Assembly: GCA_035263125.1 (NCBI GenBank)
Contig: DATFRP010000082.1
Location: forward strand, 4,680-68,679
Reading direction: 5' to 3'
Source of the DNA: Vicinamibacterales bacterium
Lineage (GTDB): Bacteria; Acidobacteriota; Vicinamibacteria; Vicinamibacterales; UBA2999
DNA length: 64,000 nt
The notes under the pieces were generated by a model. The model saw only the letters and a list, made by a program, of their open reading frames with translations. It was not told the origin of the DNA and did not search any database. Numbering within the stretch: position 1 is the stretch's first letter; the number at the start of each line of letters is the position of its first letter. Below, in pieces: positions 52,297-60,043 of this stretch. Made by a program: the position numbers and the translations under genes.

Positions 52297-54056
52297 CGAT
52301 CAGACAACGCGCTGAGCGGGATCTCACCAGGGTCACAGACTCTCGTGGGATCTCGCCAGCGACTCGCTCGTTGCCAGGACTCGCACTCGTTCGGACCACG
52401 ATCGCGGCGCTTGCGGTCGCGATCGTGAGCACGTCGCTCGCCCTCGCCAATTCCAGCGACCCGTTCCTGTTCCCGTACAACCAGACGACGACTGTGACGT
52501 TCGATCCGGCGCAGCTGTCGCAAGCGTGGCAGGAATGGAAGTCGGCGCAGATCACCGCGACGAACGCGGGTGGCAACGGTCGGCTGCGCGTGATGGGCGG
52601 CGTTGACGGTGGCTCGACCGTGTCGGAAGGTCAGGGCTACGGGATCCTGCTCGCCTCGATCTTCGACGACCAGACCACGCTCGACGGACTGTGGCTCTTC
52701 ACGTCCGATCACCTGAACGCACGCGGTTTGATGGACTGGCATATCGGCAGCCCCGGACAACGGCTCGGCACCGGGGCGGCGACCGACGCCGACGAAGACA
52801 TCGCGCTCGGGCTGCTCAACGCCTGCATCAAGGTGCAGCGTGGCTCGTGGCCCGCGAGCCGCTGGGGCATCAACTACTGCAACCAGGCCACGCTGATGAT
52901 CGGCGCGATCTATCAGTTCGAGATCGACAAGGCGGGCGGGAGCCCGTCGTCTGGTCTCGCCACCAATCCGGGCAACGAGCTGCTACCGGGTGATGCGTGG
53001 ACGCTCTCGTCCGACTACCCGCAAGGCATCGTCAACCTGTCGTACTTCTCGCCCGGGTATTACACCGCGTTCGGCAGGTTCACCAACGAACGCGCGGCGT
53101 GGGCCAACGTCATCACCCGCAACTACGAAATCGTGAACCTCGCACAAGGCAAACCAGGTAACTGTTCGAAGCTCGTCCCGAACTGGGTGAGGTACGACGG
53201 TGAGCCGCAGCTCGTGCCGTGGCAGCCCAACAACTTCTCGTGGTGGAGCTACGACGCGGCGCGCCTCGCCTGGCGCGCGGCCGTGGACAAGGCGTGGTAC
53301 GGCACGCCAGATGCGCGCGCAACCGTCAACGAGATCGGCAGCTTCTTCAGCAGTGTGGGTTTCGACAACATCGGCGAGCACAGCATGAACGGACAGCGGA
53401 CCGGGAGTGGTCCGTGGCCGTTTTTCGTGGCGAACGCTGCGGCCGCGATCTGGGCAGCCGACACGCGCACGCCGGTCAACTGCGGCGCCGCGACTGGTAC
53501 GTTGAGAGAAACCCCGCAGTCGGCGTACGACCGCGTGCGCAACACGAAGGACACGCCGAACAGCTACTACGGAAACGCGTGGCGACTCTTCGCGATGCTG
53601 TTGATCACGGGCAACTTCCCGAACTTCTACGAGATGTCCGTCGGCTCCGCGCCCCCTTCGCCGTCGCCATCCCCGTCGCCACCACCGACTCCGCCGCCAC
53701 CGCCACCGCCCCCGCCCGCGCCGCCGCCGTCATCGGGCAGTGGATGTCAGGTGAGCTACACGATCGTCACGCAGTGGAACAGCGGATTCCACGCGGACCT
53801 CACCGTCGTCAATAAGTCGGCGACGCCGATCACGGGATACACGCTGCAGTGGGCGTTCACATCTGGTGAACGTTTCAGCAGCGGGTGGAACGCCACCTAC
53901 ACGCAGAACGGCAGCGTCGTCACGGCGAGCAATCCCGCGGCGCACTGGAACGGCACGATCGGCTCCAACGCGAGCATCACGTTCGGATTCATCGGAACCG
54001 GGACGCCGGGAAGGCCGAACGGGTTCACGCTGAACGGGGTCGGGTGTCAGGGCTAG
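52293..54056 (+). CDS. Secreted GH8 endoglucanase with C-terminal CBM2 cellulose-binding module
   Basis: STVSEGQGYGILLASIF and ATDADEDIALGLLNA (GH8 signature). A PS/P-rich linker leads to CBM2 (GCQVSYTIVTQWNSGFHADLTVVN...WNGTIGSNASITFGFIG...GFTLNGVGCQG). TTG at 52293 overlaps the upstream stop (TTGA). An alternative TTG at 52371 gives MPGLALVRTTIAALAVAIVSTSLALA. Confidence 0.85.
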   Translation: MTIRQRAERDLTRVTDSRGISPATRSLPGLALVRTTIAALAVAIVSTSLALANSSDPFLFPYNQTTTVTFDPAQLSQAWQEWKSAQITATNAGGNGRLRVMGGVDGGSTVSEGQGYGILLASIFDDQTTLDGLWLFTSDHLNARGLMDWHIGSPGQRLGTGAATDADEDIALGLLNACIKVQRGSWPASRWGINYCNQATLMIGAIYQFEIDKAGGSPSSGLATNPGNELLPGDAWTLSSDYPQGIVNLSYFSPGYYTAFGRFTNERAAWANVITRNYEIVNLAQGKPGNCSKLVPNWVRYDGEPQLVPWQPNNFSWWSYDAARLAWRAAVDKAWYGTPDARATVNEIGSFFSSVGFDNIGEHSMNGQRTGSGPWPFFVANAAAAIWAADTRTPVNCGAATGTLRETPQSAYDRVRNTKDTPNSYYGNAWRLFAMLLITGNFPNFYEMSVGSAPPSPSPSPSPPPTPPPPPPPPPAPPPSSGSGCQVSYTIVTQWNSGFHADLTVVNKSATPITGYTLQWAFTSGERFSSGWNATYTQNGSVVTASNPAAHWNGTIGSNASITFGFIGTGTPGRPNGFTLNGVGCQG

Positions 54057-54144
54057 GTCGCGGAGGGAGCTGAGAGCGCGCTGCTACCTCGCACGCGCAA
54101 TCCGTCGCCGATTGTCTTGTCGAGGTACACGAGCGCGCCACGGT

Positions 54145-54888
54145 TCACTCAATCCACGAGCGTGTTATCGGCGCATTCACGGGCGCAGCCGTTGTTCGGG
54201 CTGTGCTGAGAATCGCGAGACGGACGGCCAGAAACGTGACCGCTCCCCACGCGAGCAGACCGATGACAGCGACGAGCAGCAGCAGCAGCGGCCGATTGAG
54301 CATCCCGGTCAGCGCCGACATGGGCCCCGTCAGCGAACCCACCTGTTCCAGCGGTTCGCGCAGCGCGCTCAACTGCTGCAGCGGGCCGCCGAGATCGGCC
54401 ATCGCGCGCAGACGAGGCTCGAGCTGCGAGACCTGATCGAGCGACCCGCGCAGCGACGCAACTGATTCCAGACTCGCGCGCATCTCGGCGACGTCTGTCA
54501 ACGGACCGCCCAACGCCGCGGCGCGATCGAGCCCCGGACCGATCGCCACCAGGTCGGTCATCGGTCGCTGCAGTTCCGCGAGCGCACGCATGCTCGGGTC
54601 GAGCGCTGCCACACGCCCCATCGGTTCGCTCAGCGAGGCCACGCTTTTCATCGCCGGGTCCAGCCCCGCGACCGCTTGCAGCGGAGCGACCAGACGCTGG
54701 CTTCCCTCGAGCGCGGGCACGAGCGTCGTCGTTTCCTTGGTCGATGCCTGAATCGCCTGCGTGTTGGTGGCGATCGTGTCCGTACTCCTTCCGATTGCAT
54801 CGGTGTTCAGTCGGATTCCGGTCGCAAGCGAACAGCCCGCATTCACGAATACCGCTGCGAGCGCGACCACTCGAAGGCTCTTGATCAT
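54145..54888 (-). CDS. Lipoprotein-signal protein made of about 14 tandem decapeptide repeats with C-terminal TM helix
   Basis: MIKSLRVVALAAVFVNAGC (lipobox). Residues 57-196 are 10-aa units xxP[LM]xx[VL][AS]xL (VAPLQAVAGL DPAMKSVASL SEPMGRVAAL DPSMRALAEL QRPMTDLVAI GPGLDRAAAL GGPLTDVAEM ...). The TM helix is LLLLLVAVIGLLAWGAVTFLAV. SD GGAGAC precedes the ATG. Confidence 0.75.
   Translation of the reverse strand: MIKSLRVVALAAVFVNAGCSLATGIRLNTDAIGRSTDTIATNTQAIQASTKETTTLVPALEGSQRLVAPLQAVAGLDPAMKSVASLSEPMGRVAALDPSMRALAELQRPMTDLVAIGPGLDRAAALGGPLTDVAEMRASLESVASLRGSLDQVSQLEPRLRAMADLGGPLQQLSALREPLEQVGSLTGPMSALTGMLNRPLLLLLVAVIGLLAWGAVTFLAVRLAILSTARTTAAPVNAPITRSWIE
54301..54720. repeat. 30-bp-period coding repeat array (decapeptide units)
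   Basis: DNA underlying residues 57-196 of the 54145-54888 protein. The units are diverged at nucleotide level but keep strict 30-nt periodicity. Confidence 0.7.
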
Positions 54889-54918
54889 GTGGCGTCTCCG
54901 TTGTCGGGCGTCGACTGG

Positions 54919-55911
54919 TCAGAACGTGGCGATCGGATTGAGCGGCGATCCGGTTCCGCCCCGAATCGGAAGCGGTGCGGCGGTCAGCAGGAACTCCCAC
55001 CGCTTCCGCGCCGCGGCTGCGTCGGCGAGTGCTTCCAGATCGCAGTTGTCGAACAGGTGTACCCCAAGATAGACGAGCGCGAAATCGTGGACCGCGCCAC
55101 GAGGCGCGCCGGGCGTCCCCGGTGCGACATACTGCGGGTGGTCGCTTCCCAGCAGCGCGATGTCGCGCGCCTTCAGCCAGGGGAGAACCGATGGATGGAG
55201 GCCTGCCGACTGCCCGCCCTCCGCGCGCCCGCGCAGCCACGGGCCCACGGCCTTGCGCCGCGCCCACACACCGGTACGTACGAAGAGCGCATCGCCCGCT
55301 GACACTCTGAGGCCGGCCCGCTTCTCCCACGCCTCCAGATCCTCGACGTAGATCGGCGTGCCCGGCTCGAGATACGGCACGCCCTTGAGCCGCGGGATAT
55401 CGATGAGAATCCCGCGCGTCAAGACGCCGCTCTTCACGTTGTGGATCGAGTTCCTGGCATGACCCTCTTTGACGACCACATCCGGTTGCGGCGTGTAGCC
55501 GTTGTAGAAGACACCGCGCTCGTTGATGTGTGCGAGCGAGTCGAGATGCGTGTGCGCGATGCCGTGATACTCGACCGCGATCCGATCCGACTGGATGCCG
55601 ATGTGCGTAACGTCATACGGATTGGGGTTGTCGACCGCCTTCACCGTATCGGCATCGGCCGCAAGTGACACCGACACGCCCTCCTTCACCAGCGCTGCAG
55701 CCTGCTTCCGCTTGGCCGGCGTGATCAGATTCAGCGCGCCGATCTCATCGTCTTTGCCCCAGCGGCCCCAGTTGGAGAGCTCCTTCTTCCACTTCTCGTA
55801 CTGTTCCGCGCTCACCGCATGCGGATCGCCCGCCTGCGCCCGCATGACGACGACCGTTCCGGCCAGCACGAGACACACCGCACACGCAGCGATTCCCACT
55901 CGTCGTGTCAT
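54919..55911 (-). CDS. Exported cyclase family protein (kynurenine formamidase-like fold)
   Basis: ATG at 55911 after AGGAGAGGG gives MTRRVGIAACAVCLVLAGTVVVMRAQA. Motifs EYHGIAHTHLDSLAH and the ...DIPRLKG... region are typical of the putative cyclase family. Confidence 0.75.
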   Translation of the reverse strand: MTRRVGIAACAVCLVLAGTVVVMRAQAGDPHAVSAEQYEKWKKELSNWGRWGKDDEIGALNLITPAKRKQAAALVKEGVSVSLAADADTVKAVDNPNPYDVTHIGIQSDRIAVEYHGIAHTHLDSLAHINERGVFYNGYTPQPDVVVKEGHARNSIHNVKSGVLTRGILIDIPRLKGVPYLEPGTPIYVEDLEAWEKRAGLRVSAGDALFVRTGVWARRKAVGPWLRGRAEGGQSAGLHPSVLPWLKARDIALLGSDHPQYVAPGTPGAPRGAVHDFALVYLGVHLFDNCDLEALADAAAARKRWEFLLTAAPLPIRGGTGSPLNPIATF

Positions 55912-55928
55912 GACAGTGCCCTCTCCTG

Positions 55929-56038
55929 AAGTGAACTTCACTTTACATCCACGGCGATCGAGCGACAGAGATGAATTCGGGGCGGCGTTGCGCTGCCCTT
56001 TTCCTTATCGTTGTCGAAGATCGGATATACATATCCGA
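55929..56038. promoter_or_regulatory. Two perfect palindromes in the divergent cyclase/BKACE intergenic region
   Basis: AAGTGAA-C-TTCACTT (55929-55943) and TCGGATAT-AC-ATATCCGA (56021-56038). The second abuts the ATG at 56038. The region is relatively AT-rich. Confidence 0.35.
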
Positions 56039-56871
56039 TGCAAAACGGGGCTGGACCCTGCATCATCACAGTGGCAATCACCGGATCGGTGCCGCGCAAG
56101 GAGAACAATCCTGCGGTGCCGATCACCGTGAGCGAGCAGGTCGAGTCGACGCACGCCGCGTACGAGGCTGGCGCAGCGATGGTGCACGTGCACGTGCGCA
56201 ACGACGATCAGACGACGACCTCGAACCCTGACAAGTTCGCGGACTTCAAGGAACGCATCCGCCGACACTGCCCCGACCTCATCCTGCAATTTTCGACCGG
56301 CGGCCGATCGGGCGTCGGGTCCGAACGCGGAGGGATGCTGCACCACCGCCCCGAGATGGCATCGCTCTCGACCGGCTCGGTGAATTTCCCGACCCGCGTG
56401 TACGAGAATCCGCCCGATCTGATCCGCGAGCTGGCCGAGAAGATGAACCACTACGGCGTGAAGCCGGAGATCGAAGTCTTCGACCTGGCGATGCTCTACA
56501 ACGCGATCGACTACGCGCGCGACGGCCTGTTGAAGAGGCCGCTGCACGTGCAGTTCGTCCTCGGCGTGAAGCACGCGCTCCCGGCGGCGCGCGACATCCT
56601 GGAATTCGAGGTGGCGAAGTTGAGAGAGCTGATGCCAGACGCCACCTGGGTCGCTGCGGGTATCGGCCGTCATCAACTCGACGTCAACCGGTGGTGCCTC
56701 GAGATGGGCGGGCACTGTCGTACTGGCCTCGAGGACAACGTGCGCTGGGACAGGACGCGACTCGCCGCGTCGAATGCCGAGCTCGTCGCGCGCGTGAACG
56801 ATCTGTGCGGCGAGTACGACCGGGAGGTCGCATCACCCGCGGTTGCGAGACAGATCCTGGGGTTGATGTAG
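56038..56871 (+). CDS. 3-keto-5-aminohexanoate cleavage enzyme family (BKACE/DUF849) protein
   Basis: MQNGAGPCIITVAITGSVPRKENNPAVPITVSEQVESTHAAYEAGAAMVHVHVRND...LILQFSTGGR. The track start, TTG 56011, is the alternative. Confidence 0.8.
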   Translation: MQNGAGPCIITVAITGSVPRKENNPAVPITVSEQVESTHAAYEAGAAMVHVHVRNDDQTTTSNPDKFADFKERIRRHCPDLILQFSTGGRSGVGSERGGMLHHRPEMASLSTGSVNFPTRVYENPPDLIRELAEKMNHYGVKPEIEVFDLAMLYNAIDYARDGLLKRPLHVQFVLGVKHALPAARDILEFEVAKLRELMPDATWVAAGIGRHQLDVNRWCLEMGGHCRTGLEDNVRWDRTRLAASNAELVARVNDLCGEYDREVASPAVARQILGLM

Positions 56872-56915
56872 CGGGAGGGCCGCCTGACGGCGGCCCCTAC
56901 GTACGAAGGCGGCCT

Positions 56916-57854
56916 CTACTTCTTCGCTTTCAGCTCGTCGTAGGCGATCTGCAGGTTGGCCGCAGCGCCGAACATCGGGGTCACGCTCGCGACGTAGCCC
57001 TTGAACTTCGGGTCGACTTTGAATTCCTTGCCGGCCTGCTCCGCCGATTTGCCTGCCTTCATCGAGGCTCTGGCGTAGTCGACGAACTCTTTCGTGAACT
57101 GGGCGTACTCCTTCAGGTCGTTCCAGGTGCCCACCGGGATGTGGCCGTTGATGATCGTGTCCACGTTCTTCACCGTCGCGACCGCTTTCGCGAGCGTCTC
57201 CGGCTGTTCGACGACGCTGCCGCCGTTGCCGGCGTCGACGTAGGGCAGCGCCTTCCACGCAAAGATGTCGCCCACGTGCATCGTGCGCAGCGCCGTGAAT
57301 ACGACGAAGGCGTCGCCGTTCGTGTGGCCGCGGCCGAAGTAGTACAAATCGATTTCGTCCTTCCCTGAACCGATCGTCAGTTTGTCCTTGTAGGTCCTGG
57401 TGGGAAGGAACTTGGCATTCGCGCCGGCATACGACGGATCCCTGGTCAGGTTCGCTTTCGTATTCTCCTGCACGACGATCTCGACCGTGCCGCCGCCCAG
57501 CGCCATGTTGCCGCCGGTGTGATCGCTGTGCGTGTGCGTGTTGATGATGCGGGTGACCGGCTTGTTGGTGACGGTCTTGATCCTCTCGAGGATCGTTGGT
57601 CCCCATCCGGGCAGCTTGGTGTCGACCAGCGTCACGCCGCTGTCGGTGATGAAGACGGCGGTGTTGCCACCGCTGAACGCGTCCTGATTCTCTGCACCGG
57701 AACCGGTGATCACGTACAGGTTGTCCTTGACCTTTTCGATCTTGGTCGCGGCCAACGCGGCTGCCGTCGGCGCGGCAGGCGGCCCTTGCCCGGACACGAC
57801 CAGCGTCAACACGCCAACCCCGATCAACGTTCCAAGTACGAGTCGTCGCCTCAT
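56916..57854 (-). CDS. Exported MBL-fold metallo-hydrolase (paralog 1)
   Basis: Signal MRRRLVLGTLIGVGVLTLVVSGQ. KVKDNLYVITGSG...VFITDSGVTLVDTKLPGWG...IINTHTHSDHTGGN. A close paralog lies at 58992-59951. Confidence 0.85.
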   Translation of the reverse strand: MRRRLVLGTLIGVGVLTLVVSGQGPPAAPTAAALAATKIEKVKDNLYVITGSGAENQDAFSGGNTAVFITDSGVTLVDTKLPGWGPTILERIKTVTNKPVTRIINTHTHSDHTGGNMALGGGTVEIVVQENTKANLTRDPSYAGANAKFLPTRTYKDKLTIGSGKDEIDLYYFGRGHTNGDAFVVFTALRTMHVGDIFAWKALPYVDAGNGGSVVEQPETLAKAVATVKNVDTIINGHIPVGTWNDLKEYAQFTKEFVDYARASMKAGKSAEQAGKEFKVDPKFKGYVASVTPMFGAAANLQIAYDELKAKK

Positions 57855-57912
57855 CAGGTCCCCCGGGGCGGTAGCCTATCCTAAGAATCGAGTTATACAA
57901 AGGAGCGGGCGC

Positions 57913-58953
57913 GTGTCGTCTCTTCGCCTCGTCCATGTCGGCGCGATCGCGCTGATGCTCCCGGCCTTCGCGATCGCCCGGTCGATTCCGCCGCAGGCCG
58001 TTCCTCCAGAACCGGTCCTTCGATGTCTCGAACCCGTGGCCGGCGTCACGTGGTTGCGGTGGAAGGGGAACGGCGACGCCACGCTGAACGCCTGGTGCGA
58101 AAGCGTCGGCAGACCGGTGCTGCGCGCGCCGGTGTTCACCGAGTCGGCGGACATCACGCAGCTGACGATCCTCAGCTGGAACGTGCACGTTGGCGGCGGC
58201 CGGGCGGAAGAATTGATTCCGAAGCTGCTGCAAGAGACAACTGCGCAGAGCGGCGGCCTGGTGGTGCTCCTCCAGGAGACCTTCCGAGCGGGATGGGATG
58301 TCCCCGACTCCTATCCGCCGACGCTCAATCCCCCGGGCGCAATCCGCCCGCGCAGACCGGCGCCGGACGTCGCAGCGCTCGCCGACGAACTCGATCTCTC
58401 AGTCGCCTACGTTCCGTCGATGCGCAACGGATCGGCGACGAATGTGTCACAGCGCGAGGACCGCGGCAACGCCGTGCTCTCGACCGAACCGCTCTCAGAC
58501 GTGACCGCCATCGAGCTGCCATTCGGCAAGCAGCGCCGCGTGGCGATCGCCGCGACTGTGACGCCACGGGGATCGCACGGCAAGCCGATGCGCGTCATGG
58601 TTGTGCATCTCGACCCGGACGATCACCGTGTGATGCAGGCGGAGGCGCTCGCAGCCACCATCAGGGCGTTCGTGGCCACGAAAGCGATGCCGCTGGTGGT
58701 GGCCGGTGACCTGAATGCACGTCAGGGCCTCAGCGACAAAGCGGTCACCACGCTGAGCGAGCAGATCCACAGGGAGGATTGCGGAACGGGTGGAACGTCT
58801 CGACTGCCGCTCCGCATCGACGTGCTCTTTGGCGACCGGCTGGACTATATGTTCAGCACACTCGACGACTTCGGGCTGATGCGCACGTGTCGGACGCTGA
58901 GCGATCGCTTTGGATCTGATCACCTCCCGCTGCAGATGACGATTCAATTCTGA
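57913..58953 (+). CDS. Endonuclease/exonuclease/phosphatase (EEP) family protein, exported
   Basis: GTG at 57913 lies 7 nt after AGGAG and gives VSSLRLVHVGAIALMLPAFAIA. EEP motifs LTILSWNVHVGGG, VVLLQE, GNAVLS, VVHLD, VVAGDLN, SDHLPL. Confidence 0.8.
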   Translation: MSSLRLVHVGAIALMLPAFAIARSIPPQAVPPEPVLRCLEPVAGVTWLRWKGNGDATLNAWCESVGRPVLRAPVFTESADITQLTILSWNVHVGGGRAEELIPKLLQETTAQSGGLVVLLQETFRAGWDVPDSYPPTLNPPGAIRPRRPAPDVAALADELDLSVAYVPSMRNGSATNVSQREDRGNAVLSTEPLSDVTAIELPFGKQRRVAIAATVTPRGSHGKPMRVMVVHLDPDDHRVMQAEALAATIRAFVATKAMPLVVAGDLNARQGLSDKAVTTLSEQIHREDCGTGGTSRLPLRIDVLFGDRLDYMFSTLDDFGLMRTCRTLSDRFGSDHLPLQMTIQF

Positions 58954-58965
58954 TCGCGCTAACCA

Positions 58966-58991
58966 GGTCCGGCTGAAGCCGGACACTACAT
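58966..58991. repeat. REP-like hairpin GGTCCGGCTGAAGCCGGACACTACAT between convergent genes
   Basis: Same element as 16961-16986. It fills the 38-nt gap between the stops at 58953 (+) and 58992 (-). Confidence 0.8.
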
Positions 58992-59951
58992 CTACTTCGT
59001 TTCATCGAACACGATCTGCACGTTGTTCTTCAGCCGCGCCGTGCTTTGTTCGGTAGCCCTTGGATCTGTGTATCCCTTGTACTTCTCCGGTACCTTCCAC
59101 GCGCCCGCGATGTCTTCGACGCTCTTGCCCGCCTTCTTCCCGTCGCGCACGGCGGCTGCGAAGTCGTCGTTGAACTGTGCGTACTCACGAAGGTCTGCCA
59201 TCGTCATCGTCGTGCTGTGGCCGGTGATGATGGTATCGACGCCCTTGATCGAGCCGGCCGCCTTCGCGAGCGTCTTGCCGATCTCGAGGCCGCTGCCGCC
59301 GTTGTTGGTGTCGAGGAGCGGGATGTTCTTGCCCGAGAAGATGTCGCCCGCATGCATGACGCGCAGCGCGGGGAACACGACCCACGCGTCGCCGTTGGTG
59401 TGACCTCGCCCGAAGTAGTACAGGTCGACTTCGTCGTTGCCCTTGCCCAACTTCATCGTGTCCTTGAAGGTCTTCTTCGGCAGTCCCCTGCCGCCGTTTT
59501 CCTTGAAGATGTTCTTGGGCGCATCCGGCGCGGGCGTCACGCCGAAGGCCGGACGCATCTCCTGCATGTTCTTCGCGGTGTTCTCGTGCGTCACGACTTC
59601 AACGGTCGCCGGGAACTCCACGTTGCCGCTTACGTGATCACCATGCGTATGCGTGTTGATGATCGTCGTCACCGGCTTGTCGGTCACGCTCTTGATCTTG
59701 TCGAGCAGCGGCTGCCCCCAGCCGGGATTCTTCGTGTCGACAACGACGACACCGGTCGTCGTCACGAAGACGGCGCTGTTGCCGCCTCCGCCGGTCATCA
59801 TGAACAGGTTGTCCTTCAGCTTGTTCACTTCGACGACGCGCGGAGCGGGCTGCCCCGCGCCGCCGCGGCCCTGAGCCTGTTGGAGCGCGGCCACTGAGAT
59901 CGTCATCAGCCCGGTCGCGATCAGAGCGCCAAGTACGACTTGCCTCTTCAT
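58992..59951 (-). CDS. Exported MBL-fold metallo-hydrolase (paralog 2)
   Basis: ATG at 59951 after GGGAGG gives MKRQVVLGALIATGLMTISVAALQQAQG. KLKDNLFMMTGGGGNSAVFVTTTGVVVVDTKNPGWG...IINTHTHGDHVSGN. Confidence 0.85.
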   Translation of the reverse strand: MKRQVVLGALIATGLMTISVAALQQAQGRGGAGQPAPRVVEVNKLKDNLFMMTGGGGNSAVFVTTTGVVVVDTKNPGWGQPLLDKIKSVTDKPVTTIINTHTHGDHVSGNVEFPATVEVVTHENTAKNMQEMRPAFGVTPAPDAPKNIFKENGGRGLPKKTFKDTMKLGKGNDEVDLYYFGRGHTNGDAWVVFPALRVMHAGDIFSGKNIPLLDTNNGGSGLEIGKTLAKAAGSIKGVDTIITGHSTTMTMADLREYAQFNDDFAAAVRDGKKAGKSVEDIAGAWKVPEKYKGYTDPRATEQSTARLKNNVQIVFDETK

Positions 59952-59981
59952 GCTGCCTCCCTGTTCGGGGGAAACACGGGG

Positions 59982-60036
59982 CCAACGGAGAATCACTCAA
60001 CACGAATTCTCCGTTCCCTCCGCCCCCTCCGTTTCC
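59982..60036. repeat. Short member of the 'ACGGAGG' repeat family
   Basis: CCAACGGAGAATcactcaacacgAATTCTCCGTTCCCTCCGCCCCCTCCGTTTCC. It forms a hairpin (AACGGAGAAT/ATTCTCCGTT) followed by CTCCGTT-type units, just after the aldolase stop codon. Confidence 0.6.
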
Positions 60037-60043
60037 CGCGTTA

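Noticed and set aside
54149-55330. 393-aa minus-strand ORF overlapping both the repeat lipoprotein and the cyclase gene
   Set aside because: It spans two genes that have their own SD sequences and signal peptides. The composition is Arg/Gly-rich. The same reasoning rejects 56833-58233 (466 aa), which overlaps the MBL and EEP genes.
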